A stretch of 64,000 bases of DNA from assembly GCA_020353515.1 (NCBI GenBank), contig CP070695.1, positions 3,009,428-3,073,427 on the forward strand. The letters are read 5' to 3'. Both the position numbers and the translations under genes were made by a program. The notes beneath the pieces are model-generated. The model did no database searches. It saw only the letters and a program-made list of their open reading frames with translations, and was not told the origin of the DNA. This stretch comes from Candidatus Heimdallarchaeota archaeon. GTDB taxonomy: Archaea; Asgardarchaeota; Heimdallarchaeia; Hodarchaeales; Hodarchaeaceae. The stretch's first letter is position 1; each line of letters starts with the position of its first letter. This document shows positions 1 through 8,151 of the stretch, piece after piece.

Positions 1-714
1 ATCAGCATACGCAGTCATATCACCTGCTAGACGCTCTGCGAAAGGGTCAATAATCAAGGGGGAAGCGGATTTATATTCTTGAAAGCGGTAATAAGCCATT
101 AAACGAGCAGTGAATGGCAATGCATCTTTCTCCTCATCACTCGTCATGTAGGTAGCTAAAATTTTCCCGTTTCCTATATTAGTTGTAGTATCAGCTAGAT
201 CATCACTTTTTTCGTCGTCTTCCTCTAAAAAGATTGCAGGCTGTTCTAGAAAATTCAAGTCACTAAGTTCTTGTCTTACAATTTTAACTAGTGGAGGTAT
301 GGTGTAAGGCTTTCCAATAGTTTGAACTTTCATACTTTCTTCGTATAATAGTGTCTCAGAAAATTGGTACCCCTCTAAACCTTTTGCACAACAATACACA
401 ATTTGTAAGAATGCTTTGAGATACCCCACTAGGTGAGCTTCTTTTTCTTCAGATGATCTCGATTGGAGAGTTAGTGCAGCGTCAAGCGGATCTCTTAACA
501 ATCTAGAGGAGATTAATCCAGCCTCTAAAGGATCTCTCAATCCTTTTACTATAATTTTCTTCATTGAAGGTTTCAGATCCTTCACTAAGTCGAGATAAGC
601 AGAGAATCCCACCTCAGGATTCTGAATGTAAAGCTCTACAATTCTCTCAACTTCAGGGAGGAGCCGCCTCGAGAGTTCAATAGCAAAAACTTGGATCTTG
701 GGATCCATTAGCAT
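1..714 (-). CDS. SAM-dependent methyltransferase, LCM/TIGR00027-like, with ~180-aa N-terminal extension (runs off the window edge)
   Basis: Translated by hand from ATG at 714 (MLMDPKIQVFAIELSRR...); the frame stays open to base 1. It ends ...MTSDEEKDALPFTARLMAYYRFQEYKSASPLIIDPFAERLAGD, matching the TA..A..RA.E......DP.A..L.G start of the leucine-carboxyl-methyltransferase family. Not in the supplied ORF track. Confidence 0.7.
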   Translation of the reverse strand, partial: MLMDPKIQVFAIELSRRLLPEVERIVELYIQNPEVGFSAYLDLVKDLKPSMKKIIVKGLRDPLEAGLISSRLLRDPLDAALTLQSRSSEEKEAHLVGYLKAFLQIVYCCAKGLEGYQFSETLLYEESMKVQTIGKPYTIPPLVKIVRQELSDLNFLEQPAIFLEEDDEKSDDLADTTTNIGNGKILATYMTSDEEKDALPFTARLMAYYRFQEYKSASPLIIDPFAERLAGDMTAYAD

Positions 715-1051
715 TACCAAGACATTCAGGAGAGATTTTGATGAATTTTAACTTTGATTATTTGACCTCGCTCTGTTCACCAAACTTCTTGGAGAAACAG
801 ATTTTCGTGTGATATTAAATGTTTCCTCCTTCTTTTCAAGAACAATCATTGATGCTTTACCTTTCTAAATATGTTAAACACAACTAAATTCTCTTTATTT
901 GTGCCTCTAAAAATGGTTTTTTATATTCTGTAAGAGTTAAGTTAGTTAAATTGACTATTCAATGAGAAAATCCTTACTAATCTATTTTGTGAGTAAAAGG
1001 AATTTCTAGAAGAAAGAATATCAGGATCATCAATAGCTGGAAGGATATACT

Positions 1052-4000
1052 TTGAAATATGCTTTTAAATATACCTTACAAGTCCTCAGTCGGCGTAAAC
1101 GTAATTTTTGCCTTACCGCCTTTGTAATTGCACTTGGGATATCTTTAGTTGTCCAGACACAGATTCTGGGAACAACAGTTGAAAGAAACTATAAAGAGAT
1201 TCTTATCGAATCATTTGGAAACACTGACATACTCATTTTTTCCGTCAATGAGATTTATTTCTCTCAAAATGTTTCAGACATTTTGATACAGGAATTTAGT
1301 TCAGTCTTTGAAGGCATTCTCCCCCAGATTGCCTATCCAACGACTGCTTATTATCCAGAGAAAGGACAGTTTGAACAGGGAGTGAGAGTTGAGACGATTG
1401 GATCAGAATTCGACGGAAGCTTTTGGGGATACATTTATTCAAACTCAACTGGAGAAAAACTAGATATTGCTTCATTACAAGAAGACGAGATCGTCATCTC
1501 TCCTGAGTTGGCTGATTCGTTAGATGCTAGAATTGGAGCCTCCATTACAATATCATTAAGAGACGAGAGGGGAAATCCCATTCTTCATAATGTTACAATC
1601 AAAAATATCTATAGTTATAGAGAATACGGAAGAACAGGGGATCCAAATGATTTTCGACGAATTTTGATGGGCGAACAAGCCGTTCAAACCCTCATTCCAA
1701 GCAGTATCGATCAGCCAATAACACAAATCTCAGTGGGAATAGAAGATCACCAAGAAAACTCTTTCCTTGGACGAGAACGGAGTGATGAGGCAAAAAGACA
1801 GATTGAGACAATTTTAGATAAGAATTTTCAAGATAGTATGCTTATAACTGCTACCATAAGAGAGGATAATAGAGAAGGGCTGGAAGCGGGAATTTCCAGC
1901 TTGGCTGGTACATTTCAGATGTTTGGTGTTGTTGTAGTTATTGCAGGTTTATTATTGATCACCAACATTCAATTAATGAACATGGAAGAACGTGAGCAAC
2001 AAATCGGAATGCTTCGGGCAATTGGTGCTAAAAAACGAGATATTTTTGTATCGTATTCTATAGAAACTATACTAACAGGAATATTAGGAGGGATCTTCGG
2101 TCTAATCTTAGGAATAGTGGTTGGTATTTGGTTAAATGATCTAAGTAGGGGGATGCTTTCAGCAATGGGAAATCCTGAAGTAACAAGGTCTATCTTTGAC
2201 TTAGTAATAGAGCCAAATGCGCTTTTATTGTCCTTTACTTGTGCAATTGGCCTTTCGTTTGTGACAGGAATGGTTCCTGCATTACGAGCGCAAGGAATCT
2301 CTATAATTGATATCGTCCATGGGACAAAATCAAAAGACTTAATTTCCTCCTTTAATGGGAAAAAACCATTATGGCCTCTCGTTATTGGGGGAGTTATCTT
2401 AATTTTCGGCCTTCTATCCCTAATTGACTTGATTCAACAAGGATACCCATTTTATGCACCAGAAGGCTTCCACAACATCGAGGAGGAAGCAGCTGCAAAC
2501 TTCCAGGCTTTATTCTATGTTTGCTTGGGAATTCTTTTCGCTAGTTTCAGGTTAAGACGTTACAGACGGTTGGGTTTGACCGTTAGTGGCCTTCTGTTAA
2601 TTGTTCTTACTGTATGGGGTTTTCATGTGGCTGTAGGATGGGCAGACGAAGGTGGCAATGCGAATAGTATTGCTATGAATGGATTATTAGCTGCAGTGAT
2701 AGGGGCAACTACAATAGTAGGAGCTAATCTTGAAGCATTAACTGCAGGATTAAGAAAATTGTTTTCAATATTCAGTAAAACTAGAGCAACAGGACTTGTG
2801 GCTACTCGTTATATCAACTCAAGAAAATCTCGTGCTGTTCTGACTTTCGCTACTTTTGCGGTTATTCTTTCGTTGAATTTCTTTGTGGGCTCATATGCCG
2901 CAACCCAAGTAGGTGGTTCAAGTCACACATGGGAATATTATATGTCAGGAGTCTCGTTAGTTGTTGAATCTCAAACCCCATTTAATCTCTCCTCCCTTAA
3001 CTATCCTAATATTCTTCAGAATCAGTTTGAGGAAATAATACAGATATTTCCCTTGGGGGTAGGAGGAGTGCTTCCTTTTAGAGGCGCTAGTACTGATATA
3101 TCTCCCGAGGAAGATATTTTCTACTCCAAACTTATAGCAATCGATTTTCCCAGTTACTCAACTGAGGATGGAGAAGTTTTGTATCCCTTCGTATTTAATA
3201 GCCTTCTTCCTCACTATACTCAAATGTCGATGATGGATCAATTAGAAAATCCAGATGAAGCACGAGAAGAAGCAAAATCATTTTGGAAAGCTTTCTTAGC
3301 AGGTCAAAGAATCCATCGAACAACACTTGAACCTGTGGATCCTGATGATCCGTTTGGATTACCAATGTTCATCAGTGAACGACTTTATTTTCTAGAAGTA
3401 GGGGAAATCATAAGTTTTCCGACAATGAATGGCAGCCTAGTCGAAATGATCTACGCTGGCAGATTGAGTTATTTCCCGTCCTGTAATCTCCGTATCAATG
3501 AATTTGCCTCTGGAATTATCTTGAGCAGCGAAATCGCATCACAACTTAATATTATGAGTTATGGAATCAAGGAGTTTCTCATAGAAACCATACATGGGTA
3601 TGATTACGAAAAGAACGAGGAGCTTACTAGTAAAATCGAGGAATTTTCAAATAAAAAAGGGGAAGAATCTCTGTTGAGCTTGAGTGGAGGCACTTTCTAT
3701 GGAATTACTACTCATCATCTCTGGGATGTTGAGTACCATTTGAACGCTACAAATGCAAGCGCCCTCAATTTTCTGCAGATATTTATATCTACTGGGTTAA
3801 TTATCGGAGTCATTGGACTTCTCGTTGTATCCCATCGTTCTGTTAAGGAGAGGAAACGAGAGATCGGGATGTTAAGATCAGTCGGTTTTTCAAAGAAAGC
3901 GGTTTCATTAGCGATTCTCTTGGAATTATTGTTTTTAGGAGCCCTAGGCTTTATTACAGGGTTTTTAGTAGGAAATTATCTCGCATGGGTTTTTGCGGAT

Positions 4001-4147
4001 CTGGTAAATTGGAAATTGATTATTCCTTGGGCTCAAGTAAGTACCTATGGTGTATTGATTATGGGGTCGGTCGTTTTAGCAGCACTAATCCCAGGTTGGT
4101 TGGCATCGCGGATTCCTCCAAGTGAGGCTTTACGTTATCATGGTTAG
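1052..4147 (+). CDS. ABC transporter permease, FtsX/MacB type, two FtsX modules with large extracytoplasmic domains
   Basis: Two FtsX signatures (EREQQIGMLRAIGAKKRDI and ERKREIGMLRSVGFSKKAV), multiple TM segments and a C-terminal PSEALRY motif; directly upstream of ATPase genes. Confidence 0.9.
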   Translation: MKYAFKYTLQVLSRRKRNFCLTAFVIALGISLVVQTQILGTTVERNYKEILIESFGNTDILIFSVNEIYFSQNVSDILIQEFSSVFEGILPQIAYPTTAYYPEKGQFEQGVRVETIGSEFDGSFWGYIYSNSTGEKLDIASLQEDEIVISPELADSLDARIGASITISLRDERGNPILHNVTIKNIYSYREYGRTGDPNDFRRILMGEQAVQTLIPSSIDQPITQISVGIEDHQENSFLGRERSDEAKRQIETILDKNFQDSMLITATIREDNREGLEAGISSLAGTFQMFGVVVVIAGLLLITNIQLMNMEEREQQIGMLRAIGAKKRDIFVSYSIETILTGILGGIFGLILGIVVGIWLNDLSRGMLSAMGNPEVTRSIFDLVIEPNALLLSFTCAIGLSFVTGMVPALRAQGISIIDIVHGTKSKDLISSFNGKKPLWPLVIGGVILIFGLLSLIDLIQQGYPFYAPEGFHNIEEEAAANFQALFYVCLGILFASFRLRRYRRLGLTVSGLLLIVLTVWGFHVAVGWADEGGNANSIAMNGLLAAVIGATTIVGANLEALTAGLRKLFSIFSKTRATGLVATRYINSRKSRAVLTFATFAVILSLNFFVGSYAATQVGGSSHTWEYYMSGVSLVVESQTPFNLSSLNYPNILQNQFEEIIQIFPLGVGGVLPFRGASTDISPEEDIFYSKLIAIDFPSYSTEDGEVLYPFVFNSLLPHYTQMSMMDQLENPDEAREEAKSFWKAFLAGQRIHRTTLEPVDPDDPFGLPMFISERLYFLEVGEIISFPTMNGSLVEMIYAGRLSYFPSCNLRINEFASGIILSSEIASQLNIMSYGIKEFLIETIHGYDYEKNEELTSKIEEFSNKKGEESLLSLSGGTFYGITTHHLWDVEYHLNATNASALNFLQIFISTGLIIGVIGLLVVSHRSVKERKREIGMLRSVGFSKKAVSLAILLELLFLGALGFITGFLVGNYLAWVFADLVNWKLIIPWAQVSTYGVLIMGSVVLAALIPGWLASRIPPSEALRYHG

Positions 4148-4158
4148 GTGAAAAGGAA

Positions 4159-4845
4159 ATGAGAGAAAATATTTTAGTACTAAAAGATGTTCATAAGATC
4201 TATGGGGAGGGTACACCCAATGAGGTTCATGCACTTAGAGGTGTTAACCTTCAAATCAGTAAAGGGGAGATGGTGGCTGTTATGGGACCTTCTGGGTGTG
4301 GAAAAACAACGATGCTTAATATATGTGGAGGTCTTGACTCTCCAACTTCTGGTACAATTCAAATTAATGGAGTTGATATTTCTACTTACTCAGATGGGCA
4401 AATGACCACATTTCGTCGGGATAATATTGGATATGTATTTCAGCTCTTCAATCTATTCGATTATATGAGCGCTTTAGAAAATGTCATGGTCCCGTTATTA
4501 GCTCAAGGTTTTAGTTATCCAGAAGCAACACGGAGAGCCACCATGATTCTTCGTGAAGTAGGGTTAGGAGACAGAATTTATCATTCTCCTCCAGAACTCT
4601 CAGGAGGACAACAACAACGTGTAGCTATATCTCGTGCATTAGTGACTCAGCCTGCGATTATATTAGGGGATGAACCAACGGGAGATCTTGATTCAGTGAC
4701 ATCTGAAGACTTAATGGATATGTTTAAGCGAATAAATACCGATAACAGACAAACACTCATCATTGTAACTCATTCGGAATGGATTGGAGAACAATGTGAA
4801 CGAATTATCCGACTTCGTGATGGAGAAGTTGTGGAGGACTGTTGA
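4159..4845 (+). CDS. ABC transporter ATP-binding protein, LolD/MacB family
   Basis: Walker A GPSGCGKT, signature LSGGQQQRV, Walker B/D-loop ILGDEPTGDLD, H-loop VTH. Confidence 0.95.
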   Translation: MRENILVLKDVHKIYGEGTPNEVHALRGVNLQISKGEMVAVMGPSGCGKTTMLNICGGLDSPTSGTIQINGVDISTYSDGQMTTFRRDNIGYVFQLFNLFDYMSALENVMVPLLAQGFSYPEATRRATMILREVGLGDRIYHSPPELSGGQQQRVAISRALVTQPAIILGDEPTGDLDSVTSEDLMDMFKRINTDNRQTLIIVTHSEWIGEQCERIIRLRDGEVVEDC

Positions 4846-6665
4846 TGAGGACTTCTAATGAAGAATTATTGGTTGGATTTTTAATTAATAAATTGGACCG
4901 ATTTGAAAATAAGAAACTGCAGAATGAGTTGCATAAGGTTTTGAAAAAAGGACTGCAAAACAGAAAATCGAAACTTTCAGTTGGAGAATTTAATACTTTT
5001 TTACTCGCAAACAGTCATTATACAAATACTAATTTTCTTGAACCAGAGGCGAGATCTCTTGTTGAGGAACCCATTCATTCCTTATATCGTAATTATATTA
5101 AAAAAACAGCTAAGCTTTTACGTGCTCGAATGAAGTGGAACCGTTCAGAGTTAGAATCCAATAGTATCTTGGCGAAATTTTTGGAATCAACACCGAAGTG
5201 CCCTCCAAACCCCAATAATCTAATCTCTCAAGAAAATCAAAAAATGGAAACCTTTCTTGAACAAACAATTAATTATATAGTTGAACGTTCGTGGATCCTA
5301 TTCTGGGCTTTCAAGCACACGGGTGAAGATCGAATTGTAATTCATGATGGAACATTTCATCGAGAATATGGAGTGGGAAAGACATCCTCGGCTCTTAATG
5401 CTTTTGATGAGTTATTAATCCTCAATTTTGCCTATTACTTCTTAAAATCTCTAAAACAATTATTAGATGATATTACAATCCGAGTGAATAATGTTAAAGA
5501 TTCATTTGAAGGATCAGAAGTCATTCCAGTCTTAAATCCCAATTTAGCAACAGAAGCTTTTGGGGTACTTATAGGAGATTTAGTAGGTGGTATTGATGCT
5601 CTTAGAACCATCATTAGGCAGATCACTAGAATTGAAGAGATTCAATCCTCAGCCTACGAAGAAATTGAATTATTGAATGGATTTGGGAATGAAATTAGAG
5701 CACGAGTGAATAATGGAAAGAATCTTTCCGAATTGAAAAGGAAGTTCAAAACCAATATTGATACTTTACGAGACCTTCAGAACTCAATACGAGAATTACA
5801 AAAAGGAGCTCAACAAGGAGAGATTATTGTTAATCTTGAAAAATTTCATTCAGCGATAATAGAACTACCAATTCAATTGAGAGAAGTAAAAATCTGGGCT
5901 GATCGGTTCATGGATATAGCTTTTCTATCTCCAGAATCAGGAGGAGTGGCTCTAGAATCAACCAAGGATGATGTTATCCATGAACATGAAGAGGGAACCG
6001 TTGTAGAGGCATTTGGGATTCATAAAACATATTCACCATCACAGAGCACAGTGTATGCTCTTCGCGGAGCTAATCTCAAAGTTCAGCAAGGAGAATTTGT
6101 TGCAGTCTTAGGTCCATCAGGAGCAGGAAAAACAACATTAATTAACATCATGGCTGGACTTGATGTTCCTGATCGTGGACGTGTGTTTATTAATGGAAAA
6201 AATATTGCGGAAATGAGTGATAACGAACTTTCAGAATTTAGACGGAATAACATCGGGTTCATATTCCAACAATACTTACTGGATCCCCGATTAAATGTTC
6301 AAGAAAATGTTACTTTGCCAGCATTAATGGCTAGTAAAACCAAAAATTTAGATACTCGTGTCCATGAATTATTAGTGAGTCTTGGGCTAGTTGAATATGC
6401 CCATCAAGATCCAATGAAGTTATCTGGAGGCCAAATGCAACGGGTAATTATTGCACGAGCATGCATTAATTCCCCCTTGGTGGTATTTGCAGATGAACCA
6501 ACCGGAGATCTAGACAGTGAAACTGGAAAGCAAGTTTTAACGACATTTCGACAGCTTTGTGATGAGAAAGGAATCACTTTCATTGTGGTCACACATGATC
6601 AAGAAATGGCAGCCTTTGCAGATAGAATTGTACGGATGAAGGATGGAGTGATCATCGAGGACTGA
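4842..6665 (+). CDS. ABC ATP-binding protein (LolD-like, C-terminal) with ~375-aa unknown helical N-terminal domain
   Basis: C-terminal GPSGAGKT, LSGGQMQRV, FADEPTGDLD and VTHD; start overlaps the stop of the previous gene; N-terminal part is soluble and helical/coiled-coil-like. Confidence 0.85.
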   Translation: MMRTSNEELLVGFLINKLDRFENKKLQNELHKVLKKGLQNRKSKLSVGEFNTFLLANSHYTNTNFLEPEARSLVEEPIHSLYRNYIKKTAKLLRARMKWNRSELESNSILAKFLESTPKCPPNPNNLISQENQKMETFLEQTINYIVERSWILFWAFKHTGEDRIVIHDGTFHREYGVGKTSSALNAFDELLILNFAYYFLKSLKQLLDDITIRVNNVKDSFEGSEVIPVLNPNLATEAFGVLIGDLVGGIDALRTIIRQITRIEEIQSSAYEEIELLNGFGNEIRARVNNGKNLSELKRKFKTNIDTLRDLQNSIRELQKGAQQGEIIVNLEKFHSAIIELPIQLREVKIWADRFMDIAFLSPESGGVALESTKDDVIHEHEEGTVVEAFGIHKTYSPSQSTVYALRGANLKVQQGEFVAVLGPSGAGKTTLINIMAGLDVPDRGRVFINGKNIAEMSDNELSEFRRNNIGFIFQQYLLDPRLNVQENVTLPALMASKTKNLDTRVHELLVSLGLVEYAHQDPMKLSGGQMQRVIIARACINSPLVVFADEPTGDLDSETGKQVLTTFRQLCDEKGITFIVVTHDQEMAAFADRIVRMKDGVIIED

Positions 6666-6684
6666 CTGATACTACTCAATTCTA

Positions 6685-7686
6685 TTAATTTCGTTTTACT
6701 ATCAATTCAACTATATCAGAATCCATTAGTTCATGTTCAAGGCCCACATGTTGACCCGAAAACTCAACTGAAGACCCCCAAACTCTTGCATAACGAAAAT
6801 TCGCCAGAAAGTCGTTATGAATCTTCCCAGCTAACTCACTGATAGTAGTACCGATTGGACAAACAAAAGGTTGCTTAGCTGGTTTACGTTTTGGTGGTTT
6901 TGTATAAATTCTAATGACTTCAATAATACTGAAGAGATATTCTTTCAACTTTACGAGCGAATCCTCATTTTCTATGGAAATAGGATGAATTGGTAACTTA
7001 GTTTTTGTTTTCAGTAATTGATAGTTTTTTCTAGAATTGGGCAAATCTCCTTTGGTAGCTATAATACCGAATTTATACATTGACTCTTTATTCACAACTA
7101 TTTTTGCTTGTTCTAATTGCTCCATCAGAAAGTTGTATTGACGCTTAATATCAAAAGAAAGATCGACAACCAATAAAATTGCATCACATGTCCTTGCAAC
7201 TCGTACAATCTGTTTACTAATTGCCCAATCCTCTTTAAAATCAAGAAATCCAGGTAAATCAATGATCTGAATTCTGAGATCTTTGTACTCACATGTTCCT
7301 GCAAGAGCCCTCCTAGTAGTATGCAAATAAGCTCCAACTTTCACATCTGTGTTGGTAATGGTATTCATTAAGGTGCTCTTGCCAACATTCGATAAACCAA
7401 AAAGGACCACCCTTCCATCTCCAGACCTAGGGATCAGGAAAGGATCATACTGTCTACTTTTCTGTTTAGGTTTTTCATGGGTTTCAGCAATTATTCTCTC
7501 TAAATCCCGAACAAAAAGATTAAATGACCCAATTTTCTGGTCTAGTTTCTTTTTTCTAATATCTTCTATAGTGGCTTCTAATTCTTGGACTAATTCGTCT
7601 CCTTCAAGAATTCTTATCCTTTTGGCAACTTTAAATCGATACCATTTGAATTTTCTATCATTTTTATTCATATCTCTCAACTTCAT
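6685..7686 (-). CDS. OBG/DRG-family GTPase with C-terminal TGS domain
   Basis: G1 GLSNVGKS, G2 YLHTT, G3 DLPG, G4 variant TKGD; TGS tail IRIYTKPP...IH.DF...FRYARVWGSS...GQHVGLEHELMDSDIVEL. Confidence 0.9.
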   Translation of the reverse strand: MKLRDMNKNDRKFKWYRFKVAKRIRILEGDELVQELEATIEDIRKKKLDQKIGSFNLFVRDLERIIAETHEKPKQKSRQYDPFLIPRSGDGRVVLFGLSNVGKSTLMNTITNTDVKVGAYLHTTRRALAGTCEYKDLRIQIIDLPGFLDFKEDWAISKQIVRVARTCDAILLVVDLSFDIKRQYNFLMEQLEQAKIVVNKESMYKFGIIATKGDLPNSRKNYQLLKTKTKLPIHPISIENEDSLVKLKEYLFSIIEVIRIYTKPPKRKPAKQPFVCPIGTTISELAGKIHNDFLANFRYARVWGSSVEFSGQHVGLEHELMDSDIVELIVKRN

Positions 7687-7922
7687 TTATGATTGAAATA
7701 AGTAATAAATATCTTTAGATGGACTTCAGAAGTGATAAGAACCAAAAGATTACAAAAAGGAGAAACTGAGAAAATGTGTTGAGGGATTATTTCCATTTTT
7801 TAGAAAAAAAATCGGTACTACCCACTCTACTATTCAGTTAATCCCGATGCTGTACAGGGTGTAAAAGCATGTAATCACACTAATGATTACCACTTCTAAA
7901 GAAAGAGATAACAGCAAATAGA

Positions 7923-7966
7923 TCTAACGAAAGTTAGAGCGCGAGCCGAGCTCGCGGCGTCCTACA
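7923..7966. repeat. GC-rich tandem hairpin element, REP (GTAG)-like
   Basis: TCTAAC-GAAA-GTTAGA (7923-7938) is followed by CGCGAGC-CGA-GCTCGCG (7940-7956). The minus strand reads TGTAGGACGC-CGCGAGC.. in an otherwise AT-rich intergenic region. Confidence 0.45.
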
Positions 7967-8151
7967 TAAGACGAATGGATAGTAACATTGTCTACAAGAT
8001 TTAAGAATAAGTTCCAATTTATAAAATACTCCTTTGTGGTAACAAACCTTTATGATGGTACTGGATACATCTATACAAATTAGGGCATCAAAATACTGGT
8101 TTTTCTAGTTATATTCGTATTAGTCACTTTAATAGAAAAAGTAATGAATAT

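Noticed and set aside
5368-5390. Second Walker A (GVGKTS) in the N-terminal domain of the 607-aa ATPase
   Set aside because: It lacks the GxxxxGK spacing and a following Walker B, so it is not called a P-loop.
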